NCBI GenBank assembly: GCA_050118235.1
Contig: JASFLF010000001.1
Span: forward strand, 1 to 28,394
Origin: Gammaproteobacteria bacterium
Lineage (GTDB): Bacteria; Pseudomonadota; Gammaproteobacteria; SZUA-152
DNA: 28,394 bases
Reading direction: 5' to 3'
Part shown: positions 1 through 9,500 of the stretch, piece after piece
Layout of the letters: each line of letters starts with the position of its first letter
Position numbering within the stretch: position 1 is the first letter of the stretch
The notes under the pieces: generated by a model
Seen by the model: only the letters and a program-made list of their open reading frames with translations
Told to the model about the DNA's origin: nothing
Database searches by the model: none
Translations under genes and position numbers: made by a program

Positions 1-2
1 AC

Positions 3-719
3 GCTCATCCCTATGATTTTTTTAGCGTACGGTATGTATTCGCCGGCGCCGAAAAACTCAAGAACGAAGTTCGCCGCACCTGGGAGGACAAGTTCGGGGT
101 GCGTATTTTCGAAGGCTACGGCGCGACGGAAACCAGCCCGGTGTTGGCGGCGAATTCCGCAATGGACAATAAACCGGGTTCGGTGGGGCGGTTCATGCCC
201 GGTATAGAGCATCATTTGGAACCGGTATCCGGAATGGAAAAGGGCGCGCGTTTGTACGTACGTGGCCCGAATGTGATGCTGGGCTATATGTTTCACGACA
301 ATCCCGGCGAATTAGTGCAGCCTGAAGCGCACCTGGGTAAAGGTTGGTATGACACGGGCGATATCGTGGAAATTGATGAAGAAGGATTTGTGACTATCAG
401 CGGACGGGCCAAACGTTTTGCCAAAGTGGCCGGTGAGATGGTTTCCCTGATGGCGGTGGAAGCGCTGGCCAGTAAAGTATGGCCCGAAGCGCAACATGCG
501 GCGGTGGCCGTGCCGGATGCGAAAAAAGGCGAACAAATCGTGTTGATGACTACCCAAGAAGACGCCGACCGTCCAGCATTGGTTGAACGGGCACATCAGG
601 ATAACATTGGTGAGATTAATGTGCCCCGAAAGGTTATGGTGGTTGTCGCTATACCGGTTTTGGGAACGGGCAAGACAGACTACGTCTCCGCGCAATCTTT
701 AGTGGAGACCACTTCGTGA
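3..719 (+). CDS. aas: C-terminal part of bifunctional acyl-ACP synthetase / 2-acylglycerophosphoethanolamine acyltransferase (AMP-binding domain); 5' end lies outside the window
   Basis: Frame is open from base 3 (AHPYDFFSVRYVFAGAEKL...). It contains EGYGATETSP, GPNVMLGY, WYDTGD, GRAKRFAKVAGEMVSL and LGTGKTDY, typical of Aas-type adenylate-forming enzymes. Its stop overlaps the lplT start, as in aas-lplT operons. Confidence 0.9.
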   Translation, partial: AHPYDFFSVRYVFAGAEKLKNEVRRTWEDKFGVRIFEGYGATETSPVLAANSAMDNKPGSVGRFMPGIEHHLEPVSGMEKGARLYVRGPNVMLGYMFHDNPGELVQPEAHLGKGWYDTGDIVEIDEEGFVTISGRAKRFAKVAGEMVSLMAVEALASKVWPEAQHAAVAVPDAKKGEQIVLMTTQEDADRPALVERAHQDNIGEINVPRKVMVVVAIPVLGTGKTDYVSAQSLVETTS

Positions 720-1897
720 ACCGCAACGTCTATAAAGTACTCATCGCCCAGTTTATAACTGCGTTTGCCGACAATGCGGTGTTGTTTACCGTCATTACCA
801 TGGTGTTGCAGTCGGGGACTATGGACTCTTGGTATGTGCCCGCGTTGCAAGCCTCATTTTTAGTGGCTTTTGTGGTGCTGGCACCCTGGGTGGGTCCGTT
901 TGCCGATTCGCGCTCTAAGCCGTCCGTGTTGACCTATGCCAATGTGATTAAAGCCGTTGGCGCGAGCTTGTTGTTGTTCAACTTTGAACCTTTGATTGCC
1001 TATGCGCTCATCGGAGTGGGTGCCGCGGCGTATAGTCCGGCTAAATACGGTATCTTGCCCGAGTTAGTGGATGAACAAGCCTTGGTAAAAGCCAACGGTT
1101 GGATCGAGGGTTCGACCATTTTGGCAATATTGTCGGGGACTTTAGTGGGCGCGAAAGTGTCGGAATATTCCATTGAAGTGGCGTTGGTCATGGTGGTTGG
1201 ATTGTATGTGGCCTCTGCGGCGGTTGCCTTGTTTATTGCCAAAACCCCGGTGGTAAATAAAGAAGTTGGTGCGGCGCTACCCAAATTCAAACGCATGATG
1301 CGTCAGCTGTTGTCCACCCCAAGGGCGCGGTTTTCGACTATCGCAGTGAGCTTATTTTGGGCCTCAGCTTCGGTGTTGCGTGTGTTGCTGGTGGCGTGGG
1401 CGCCGGTGGTGTTCTTGATGAGCGAAACCTCGGAAATCGCCATGCTAACCATGTTTGTGGCAATAGGCATTGCTGTGGGTTCGGTGTTGGCGCAAAAATT
1501 CATTCCGCTGGCGTATTTGCGTCGGGCGCGCCTGGCGGCGTTTGCCATGGGTGCCGTGATTGTGTTGTTGAGTTTTGTGGATTCGCTGTGGATTGCAAGG
1601 TTCGTCTTGTTTTTGTCCGGCGTCGCCGGGGGCTTGTTTGTGGTGCCTATTAACGCGGCGTTGCAGGAAATCGGACACAAGTCCATCGGCAGCGGTGGTG
1701 CAGTGGGCATTCAAAACTTTTTTGAAAACCTGGCGATGCTGGTTGGGTCCGGACTCTATGCGTGGGCGGCCGGTGTGGGCGCCGCGCCGGTGGCCACGAT
1801 GTTTACCCTGGGTATCCTGGTGATTGTGGCGACGATAATTGTGTCCTGGCATTTACCGCCGGACACGGGGGACATCGACGATGCATTGCCTCGGTAG
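716..1897 (+). CDS. lplT: Lysophospholipid transporter (MFS)
   Basis: Highly hydrophobic 393 aa with AQFITAFADNA, YSPAKYGILPEL, LVKANGWIEG and GIQNFFENLAML. GTGA start/stop overlap with aas. Confidence 0.9.
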   Translation: MNRNVYKVLIAQFITAFADNAVLFTVITMVLQSGTMDSWYVPALQASFLVAFVVLAPWVGPFADSRSKPSVLTYANVIKAVGASLLLFNFEPLIAYALIGVGAAAYSPAKYGILPELVDEQALVKANGWIEGSTILAILSGTLVGAKVSEYSIEVALVMVVGLYVASAAVALFIAKTPVVNKEVGAALPKFKRMMRQLLSTPRARFSTIAVSLFWASASVLRVLLVAWAPVVFLMSETSEIAMLTMFVAIGIAVGSVLAQKFIPLAYLRRARLAAFAMGAVIVLLSFVDSLWIARFVLFLSGVAGGLFVVPINAALQEIGHKSIGSGGAVGIQNFFENLAMLVGSGLYAWAAGVGAAPVATMFTLGILVIVATIIVSWHLPPDTGDIDDALPR

Positions 1898-1919
1898 GAG
1901 CGAAGCTGTGCGCCGCGAC
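1894..1919 (+). repeat. Possible degenerate GTAG-type REP element
   Basis: GTAGGAGCGAAGCTGTGCGCCGCGAC at the lplT stop resembles GTAGGAGCG...CGCGA REP families. The stem is imperfect and this is a single copy. Confidence 0.3.
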
Positions 1920-1983
1920 TTGTTGAGATTATTTTCCAGTGCACGTGGCGCCCCATAAGTGCGCTTCCACAAAAACGGATAAT

Positions 1984-3231
1984 ATGAATAGAAGGCAATT
2001 TCTTAAATATTCCACGGGCATAGGCGCCATGAGTCTGGCGCTGAATGGTTGTCGCTACTGGCCCGCAGAAGGATTATTAAATCCGTGTTTGCCGGACAAC
2101 CTACCCCACGAGCTAAAAAATCATGATGTGGTGCAACGCGCATGGCAGGGCATAGACGTTGATCAGTTCTGGGATTGTCATACGCATTTAATCGGCTTGG
2201 GCGACAGCGACTCGGGAATCTGGGTCAGCCCGCATATGCGATCGTTGTTGCATCCCATTCAATTTACGCAGTTTACATTTTATCTAAACGGTTCCTGTGC
2301 GGATTCGAATGATGCGCAAGAGACGCAAACCATTGATGAGCGATTCGTTAACCGCTTAGTACGATTGCATGATGATTTTCCTAAAGGGGCGAAATTCATG
2401 TTGATCGCATTTGAGCATCATTATGACGGCGAAGGCAAACAGCGTGATGATCTAAGTCCTTTTTATACGCCGAATCACTATGCCGCTAAAATAGCCGGAC
2501 AGTATCCGCAGCGGTTCGAATGGATCGCATCGGTACATCCTTATCGTGAAGATTGTCTTGCCATGTTGCAATGGTGCGTGCGCAACGGAGCCCGCGCAAT
2601 CAAGTGGTTACCGGGTGCTATGGGAATCGATCCAGGCTCGCGAAAATGCGATCAATTTTATGAAGCTGTGGCCAAGTACAGGATTCCGCTGTTAACTCAT
2701 AGCGGCGAAGAGCAAGCGGTTAGTGTCAGCGGCAGCGAAGGTTTGAATAATCCTTTGTTAATGCGTCGTGCCTTGGAACATGGTGTGCGGGTGATATTTG
2801 CGCATTGTGCATCCCTGGGGGAAAGTGTGGATTTAGACAAAGGCCCTAATGGGGCTCGGGTCAGCAATCTGGATTTGTTTTATCGATTGTTGGCAGAGAA
2901 GAATTACCAAGAGCGGCTGTACGGCGATATCTCGGCGATTACCCAAGTTAACCGAGACAAAGCCGTCATTGAGGCCATTTTCACGCGTACTGAATGGCAC
3001 GCCAATCTGATCAACGGTTCGGATTACCCTTTACCGGGAGTGTTTCCAATTATTTCCACTCAGAGTTTTGCGGATTGGGGATATATTCAACAGAGGGAGG
3101 CCGATGTTTTGGCGCAAATTCGCCGTTTTAATCCTTTGTTATTCGATTTTGTGCTTAAGCGTATCATTAAAGTCAATGCCAACAGATTGGCCCCGGCTGT
3201 TTTCGAATCTCGGCGCGTTTTTTCCGCCTGA
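1984..3231 (+). CDS. Amidohydrolase-family metalloenzyme with Tat signal, possible lipoprotein
   Basis: The ATG at 1984 gives MNRRQFLK (twin-Arg), a hydrophobic stretch and LNGC (atypical lipobox). Metal-binding motifs: DCHTH, THSGEE, AHCAS, GSDYP. The ORF-track start at 1939 is probably too early. Confidence 0.8.
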   Translation: MNRRQFLKYSTGIGAMSLALNGCRYWPAEGLLNPCLPDNLPHELKNHDVVQRAWQGIDVDQFWDCHTHLIGLGDSDSGIWVSPHMRSLLHPIQFTQFTFYLNGSCADSNDAQETQTIDERFVNRLVRLHDDFPKGAKFMLIAFEHHYDGEGKQRDDLSPFYTPNHYAAKIAGQYPQRFEWIASVHPYREDCLAMLQWCVRNGARAIKWLPGAMGIDPGSRKCDQFYEAVAKYRIPLLTHSGEEQAVSVSGSEGLNNPLLMRRALEHGVRVIFAHCASLGESVDLDKGPNGARVSNLDLFYRLLAEKNYQERLYGDISAITQVNRDKAVIEAIFTRTEWHANLINGSDYPLPGVFPIISTQSFADWGYIQQREADVLAQIRRFNPLLFDFVLKRIIKVNANRLAPAVFESRRVFSA

Positions 3232-3318
3232 TCAATAGATACCTTCTTATCAAACTAGGGATTTCCCTTAGACTTCGTTTAATCAATGATAACTTGTATG
3301 TATAATCGTGTGGGACTA

Positions 3319-3357
3319 TCGTATTAAATAGCCGTATTAAATAATCGTATTAAACAC
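3319..3357. repeat. Three tandem 13-bp direct repeats upstream of the M18 aminopeptidase gene
   Basis: TCGTATTAAATAG / CCGTATTAAATAA / TCGTATTAAACAC, with invariant core CGTATTAAA. Confidence 0.75.
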
Positions 3358-3473
3358 TAAAAACGAAATACGTAATATTTATCTTACACACTTGGGGAGT
3401 TTATCCGATCTGGAGACGGCGGGTCTTGAACGGTTGGATAATGAAAGCGCGAACAAAAAAAAGGTGGTAAAAA

Positions 3474-4757
3474 ATGGAAGAGACTAGCTTTATCGACGGG
3501 TTATTAGAGTTTTTAAAACAATCACCAACACCATTCCATGCCGTAGACAATATCCACGAAATCCTCACAGCCGCTGGCTTTGTGCATTTGTATGAGGGGG
3601 ATGAATGGGATATCAGTCCGGGTGGCAGTTATTATGTGATCCGCAACGATTCTTCGCTGATTGCGTTCACCGTTGGCGCGCATCCCATGACAGAAACCGG
3701 CTTGCGAATTGTCGGCGCGCACACCGACAGCCCTTGCCTGAAAGTCAAGCCGCAACCGGAAATCACCAAAAACGGTTATTTGCAATTGGGCGTCGAAGTA
3801 TACGGCGGAGCACTATTGGCTCCGTGGTTTGATCGCGATTTGTCCATGGCCGGGCGCATCAGCTATTTGGCCACCGACGAAACCATTAAACACGCGCTTA
3901 TCGATTTTGGAAATCCCATCGCCGTCATTCCCAGCCTGGCGATCCATCTGGACCGCGAGGTCAATCAAAACCGCTCTATCAACGCACAAACTCAACTGGC
4001 CCCTATAGTAATGAACCTGGGTGAAGGTCAAGAGATGGATTTTCGTGAAATGCTTGCGGACCATACGCGAAGCCAGTATAGCGAAAGTGATATCGTCGAA
4101 GTTCTGGATTACGAACTGAGTCTTTACGATACCCAGCCGCCAGCACTGGTGGGAATCAATAAGGAGTTTGTATCCAGTGCGCGACTGGATAATCTTATTA
4201 GTTGTTACGTAGGCTTGATGAGTTTCATCGAAGCCGGTGAAGATGTATCTTGTATGCTGGTGTGCAATGACCATGAGGAGGTAGGCAGTGCCTCACACGC
4301 CGGCGCTCAGGGCACATTCTTGAAATCCGTCTTGGAGCGCTTGTGCGGGAGCAGCGAAGCATTTGGCCGCGCCATGGATCGTTCCATCGTGATCTCCGCG
4401 GATAACGCCCATGGCGTGCATCCAAATTTTACCGATAAATACGATGATAAGCACGGTCCCGTATTGAACAAAGGGCCCGTGATCAAAGTAAACGCCAATC
4501 AGCGTTATGCCACCAATAGTGAAACCGCTGCGATTTTCCGCCATTTATGCATTCGTGCCGATGTGCCAGTGCAGACCTTTGTGATGCGTAACGATATGCA
4601 ATGCGGTAGCACAATCGGTCCTATCACTTCAACAGAAATCGGCGTCAAAACCATAGACATAGGTGTGCCCCAGTTCGCCATGCATTCCATTCGTGAAATG
4701 GCCGGGCGTTACGACAGTTTTAACTTGTACAAAGTTTTGCGCGAGTTTTATTGTTGA
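3474..4757 (+). CDS. apeB: M18 family (aspartyl) aminopeptidase
   Basis: FLKQSPTPFHA, GAHTDSP, SARLDNL, DHEEVGS, SADNAH, GSTIGP and FAMHSIRE are M18 zinc peptidase motifs. Confidence 0.9.
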   Translation: MEETSFIDGLLEFLKQSPTPFHAVDNIHEILTAAGFVHLYEGDEWDISPGGSYYVIRNDSSLIAFTVGAHPMTETGLRIVGAHTDSPCLKVKPQPEITKNGYLQLGVEVYGGALLAPWFDRDLSMAGRISYLATDETIKHALIDFGNPIAVIPSLAIHLDREVNQNRSINAQTQLAPIVMNLGEGQEMDFREMLADHTRSQYSESDIVEVLDYELSLYDTQPPALVGINKEFVSSARLDNLISCYVGLMSFIEAGEDVSCMLVCNDHEEVGSASHAGAQGTFLKSVLERLCGSSEAFGRAMDRSIVISADNAHGVHPNFTDKYDDKHGPVLNKGPVIKVNANQRYATNSETAAIFRHLCIRADVPVQTFVMRNDMQCGSTIGPITSTEIGVKTIDIGVPQFAMHSIREMAGRYDSFNLYKVLREFYC

Positions 4758-4986
4758 TTTCGCCACGGGAGTAGCGCGGCAGCGTTGTCGATAGTATAGT
4801 ACGTGCGATCGCCAGTTCTTGCCCGGGAGGGCAATGGCAAAGCTTGTTTAAATTGACGCAGCGTGCGCTGTGCGCACGTCAAACCGCGGGTTTGCAGATG
4901 ATTATCGTGGGCGCTCTTTCACTGCCTCATTGCGTACGCTATGCATCAGTCATGAGATTTACGACACCCGTTAACGGGAGGTCTCT

Positions 4987-6000
4987 ATGAAACACACACT
5001 CTGTGTCTATCGGGGAGCTGCACTTGCTCGCTATGGTTTCGGTCATGGTCATCCGTTCAGCCCCGATCGGCTTGATGCTTTCTATCAGGAATTCCAACAG
5101 CAACAACTTGCCCATCACCCGGCGATTACGCTATGCGATCCTTGCCAAGCCTCGCAGGAACAGATCGAATGGTTCCATGATCATGACTATGTGGAAAAAG
5201 TAAAACAGCTCTCAGAGGTTGGTTTGGGGTTCCTGGACAATGGTGATACACCGGCTGTCAAAGGAATTTATGAAGCGGCGGCGACCGTGGTGGGTACGGT
5301 GTTGGACGGTATGGAGCGAATCATGGCAGGCCGGTGCGATAAGGTATTTATACCCATCGCCGGCCTGCATCATGCGAGCCGCAACAGTGCCGCCGGGTTT
5401 TGTGTGTTTAACGACTGCGGCGTGGTTATCGAAGCATTGCGCCGCTGTTATAACATAAAGAAAATCGCTTATGTGGATATAGATGCACACCACGGCGACG
5501 GCGTGTTCTACAGTTTCGAAAACGATCCGGATTTGTATTTTGCGGACTTTCACGAAGATGGCCATTACTTATATCCGGGCACTGGCTTTGACGATGAAAC
5601 GGGCAAAGGGCCGGCTAAAGGCACAAAGCTGAATATCAACATGCCTCCGGATTCCAATGATGAGGACTTTTTGGAGAAATGGTCCGAGGTGGAGGCGTTT
5701 TTCGAATCACATGCGCCTGAGTTTGTTTTGTTCCAATGTGGTGCCGACAGCATTGCCGGCGATCCCATTACTCACTTGCGTTATACCCCCCAAAGCCATG
5801 CGTATGCTGCTGAGCGTTTGTGCTATCTGGCGGATAAATACGCCCAAGGGAGGCTGTTGGTCATGGGAGGTGGGGGATATAATCACAAAAGTCTGGCACG
5901 GGCGTGGTGTGCCGTAGTGGATAAGATGGCAAATTATCCTGGCAGTACACTTAAAAAGAATTTTTTACCACGAAGCCATGAAGAGCACGAAGAAATTTAG
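4987..6000 (+). CDS. Histone deacetylase / AcuC-family zinc-dependent deacylase
   Basis: GHGHPF, GLHHA, GFCVFND, VDIDAHHGDG, YPGTG, QCGADS..GDP and GGGGY. GGGAGG ribosome-binding site upstream. Confidence 0.9.
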   Translation: MKHTLCVYRGAALARYGFGHGHPFSPDRLDAFYQEFQQQQLAHHPAITLCDPCQASQEQIEWFHDHDYVEKVKQLSEVGLGFLDNGDTPAVKGIYEAAATVVGTVLDGMERIMAGRCDKVFIPIAGLHHASRNSAAGFCVFNDCGVVIEALRRCYNIKKIAYVDIDAHHGDGVFYSFENDPDLYFADFHEDGHYLYPGTGFDDETGKGPAKGTKLNINMPPDSNDEDFLEKWSEVEAFFESHAPEFVLFQCGADSIAGDPITHLRYTPQSHAYAAERLCYLADKYAQGRLLVMGGGGYNHKSLARAWCAVVDKMANYPGSTLKKNFLPRSHEEHEEI

Positions 6001-6184
6001 ATAAGTATTTTTCGTAGTGGTGAATCCTTTGTCGGTGGGCATTACTCTGTAGGGAATCGAAGGCTAAAGTGGCCACATAAAGGCCCCATTCTCATTGCCT
6101 CGTAACATTTGAAAAAATTTCACATGAAGTGTTTTAAAAGATTTTTTTCTTCGTGTTCTTCATGGCTTGGTGGTGAATGGCAAT

Positions 6185-6220
6185 AAAAAAGCCTCACGGT
6201 GGTGATCCGCAAGGCTTTTT
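6185..6220. terminator. Bidirectional intrinsic terminator-like hairpin
   Basis: AAAAAAGCCT-CA-CGG-TGGTGAT-CCG-CA-AGGCTTTTT: a GC stem with an A-run on the left and a T-run on the right. Confidence 0.7.
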
Positions 6221-6242
6221 GACGTTGTTGAAACGAATGGAC

Positions 6243-6302
6243 TCAGTAACCTGGCGCTTTGGCACCTCCTCCATAAGTCCCACACATACAGTCATTAGAC
6301 AT
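6243..6302 (-). CDS. Putative 19-aa small peptide MSNDCMCGTYGGGAKAPGY
   Basis: Minus strand reads AAAGGAGGTGATCC-T-ATG TCT AAT GAC TGT ATG TGT GGG ACT TAT GGA GGA GGT GCC AAA GCG CCA GGT TAC TGA, followed by a terminator. Too short for the ORF track. Confidence 0.5.
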   Translation of the reverse strand: MSNDCMCGTYGGGAKAPGY

Positions 6303-6303
6303 A

Positions 6304-6317
6304 GGATCACCTCCTTT
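6304..6317 (-). promoter_or_regulatory. Extended Shine-Dalgarno sequence
   Basis: AAAGGAGGTGATCC is the reverse complement of GGATCACCTCCTTT, the conserved 3' end of bacterial 16S rDNA. Confidence 0.7.
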
Positions 6318-6575
6318 CATCAGGGTTACTACAAACCGCTCCGCAAACACCCCTGGAAATGAAGTGGAGCAGCGCCACCAAAATTCTATAAGTAGTAATC
6401 ATAGCCCAGAATCGGAAAATGTAAAACACTAAAAATAATTATAAATAAATTAGTAAGATAGCTCTATTTTGAAGTCGATTAATTGGCACTGTGGTGCTGT
6501 TGTGGGAATACTATGTTGTTGTTGAGCACTATTGGCATCGCCAATGCACTTTGCGTTTAAATTCCAGCAAATGGA

Positions 6576-9500
6576 TTGCGTATGTCTCAACATTTTCAGC
6601 ACAACGCCAAGGATAGGCAAAGTCAGCCGCTGTTTCTTGGCACTTGGATTGTTGTCGTCGTTTTGCTCATCACCGCTTGTACAGGGGGTGGGGGAGATGG
6701 CGGTTCGCCACCAGTCCGTAAATCGGCGACTCCCCAAACGCCGGCCAACCTCAACGCCATTGCCGGCAATCAACAGGTGACACTAACTTGGGGGACAGTG
6801 CCCGACGCATCCGGTTATACGCTGTATTGGAATAATACGCCTGATGTGGCTAAAGATTCTTCCCATGTGGTGCGAAACGTCTCTCCAGGCTATCGGCATC
6901 AGGAATTGACCAATGGTCAGGTTTATTTTTATCGAATTGCCGCCGCTAATGGCAGCGGCGAGAGTTTGCCCTCCGATGAAATCACCGCGATGCCCGGGGG
7001 ACACACACTTGCCGATACGGTGACGGATGCTAATCTTCGCCATTGTTTAACGAACTACAGCACCAGTACACCTGTTTATGCCGATACGATTAGCGGTGAA
7101 GTGGATTGCTCTTACCGCGGTATAAATGATCTTGAGGGCTTGCAGTTTTTAGCGGCACTGACGGCGCTTAATTTAGCCGGTAACAATATTCAAAATATTT
7201 CCGCATTAAGTCAGTTAAGTTCACTGACCACTTTGGACTTAAGTGGTAATCAACTTAACCGTGACGCGGAAGCTGTGTTAGAGGCTTTGTTCCAATTTGG
7301 GGCCTTGACGCAGTTGTCGATAGCAGGCAATCCGCAGCTGTCCTGCGCGTTCATCGATGCTATGCTCGATACCATTTCAGCTACCGATATTTCCGCCAGC
7401 GAAGCTGGTGTGAATTGCGCCGTTTACAGTCAAACACCGGCACCCATAGGTACATTAACGCCGGTGGCCGCTAAAGCCATCGGCGGCAATGAGAAGGTAA
7501 CCGTGACATGGGAGGAAGTGACTGGTGCTTCGCATTACAACATTTATTGGGGTACCGCAAGTGGAATAACCACAGAGTCGGAAAACGTCATCGCCGGTGC
7601 ACATCCGCCCTATGTGCATTCGGGATTGTCTAACGGTGCTACGTATTACTATGTGGTCACCGCGGTGTCCGGTGGCGCTGAAGGGCGGCTATCACCGGAA
7701 GTCTGGGCGACGCCCAGCAGTGAAGGTACGGCCATTGACGGTGTGTTTACCGATACCAACTTGCAATCCTGTGTTTCGGACTACGCGGTCGGCAAAGGGT
7801 GGACATTTACTCATGAGATAACCGGTTACCTGGACTGTTCCTCTCGCGCCATTTCGGATTTGCAGGGCATTGGGCAGTTGCCGGAGCTGTCCCAGTTGAA
7901 CGTCATGAATAACGCCATTGCCGATACCACGCCGCTGGCGACATTGACCAATTTGACGCGGCTGTATATCAGTAACAATCAAATCGATAGTCTAGTTGGG
8001 CTGGCGGATTTGTCATCATTGAATTTCCTTAACTTAGGGCGTAACCGTATCACCACGGTAAATGCGCTGGCGGGATTAGACAATCTCACAGCGTTGTATC
8101 TCAACAGCAATCAAATAGTGGACGCGGGAGCGTTGGCCGGCCTGATAAATTTGCAGATACTGGACTTGCGCGAAAACTCTATAGGTGGCGAGGATATTGG
8201 TAACATCGATGAATTGGCGAGCCTGGTAAATGCAAGCTCTATCTTGTTAGCGGGTAATTACGATATTGCGTGTACGGAACTGGCTGCATTGTTTACCGCC
8301 CTGGGGCCGAATATTGTGGATATCGCTGCCAACGTGGCTAGTATTGATTGTATAGGCGTGCCCAATCCTCCGCTAAATGTCAGTGCGGCCGGCGGCAATC
8401 AGCGCGTTATTCTAACTTGGGATAATATTATCAATGCGTCGGCGTATAACATTTATTGGTCCAATTCGCCCGCGGTAAGCATATCGTCCGCAAACAAGAA
8501 AGCCAATGTTCGCTCCGGCTACCAACACACGGCGCTAACCAATGGGCTTGCGTACTACTATGTAGTGACAGCCGAAAATGCCAGCGGTGAGAGTGAAATA
8601 TCACAGGAAGTTTCCGCCGTGCCTCAGCAAGTGGTGATCGCCGGTTTGTTTGCCGACAGTAATTTACAAACCTGCATAGAAGAGCTGGCTTCGATGAACG
8701 GATGGACTACGGCTGAGCAAGTCAGCGGGGTAGTAAATTGTTCCGCCAGGGCAATTTCCGATGTAAGCGGAATTGAGCATTTAACCGGCGTTACGGCATT
8801 ATCCTTAAATGAAAACAATCTCACCGACATTACCGCCATAGGCTATCTGGATAAGCTTCGTTCGCTGTCGCTGTACCGCAATAACATCACCAGTGTGGAT
8901 GCGCTGGTTAATATGACGGCTTTGCGTGATTTGTTTATTAGCAATAATCTCATCAGCAAAGTACACCCCGTGGGGAGCCTGCCGCAGTTGCAAGTGGTGG
9001 ATTTGCGCAATAACCGGATTGGCAGTAGCGGCAGTGGCGGTGTGGACCAACTCACTTCGCTGACAAACGCCACACTGATCAGCGTGTCTGGCAACCCATC
9101 TATATCGTGTATTGAATTGCAGAATCTGCTGGACACACTGGGTGCCAGTGTAATTGATATGAACAGCGCCATAGCCGGCGAGAATTGCACCCGGCCTTCG
9201 CTAATACCCGCGGGTATCCAGGCAGTGGGCGGTAACAGCCAAATCAGCTTACGCTGGGTTGAAGTGCCGGTGGCTACTGCGTATAACATTTACTGGGCTA
9301 CGGTATCGGGCGTGACACCTGCCAGTGGGCAGAAGGTAACCGTAACGTCACCACAATATGCGCACACCGGTTTGGATAACGATACGACGTATTATTATGT
9401 GATTACGTCGCAGTTGGCCAGTGGACAGAGCGCGCCGTCTGAAGAGCTTGCCGCACGACCTTCGGCCAATGGTGTACCGTTGGCGGGCTTGTTTCCCGAC

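Noticed and set aside
3319-3357. CRISPR array
   Set aside because: The repeats are 13 bp and directly adjacent with no spacers, and there are no cas genes.
6304-6317. 16S rRNA 3' end (GGATCACCTCCTTT on the plus strand)
   Set aside because: None of the conserved upstream 16S sequence (e.g. AAGTCGTAACAAGG) is present. It is better explained as a minus-strand ribosome-binding site.
6177-6362. 61-aa plus-strand ORF
   Set aside because: It runs through a terminator hairpin, has no ribosome-binding site or recognisable motif, and is antisense to the better-supported small transcript.
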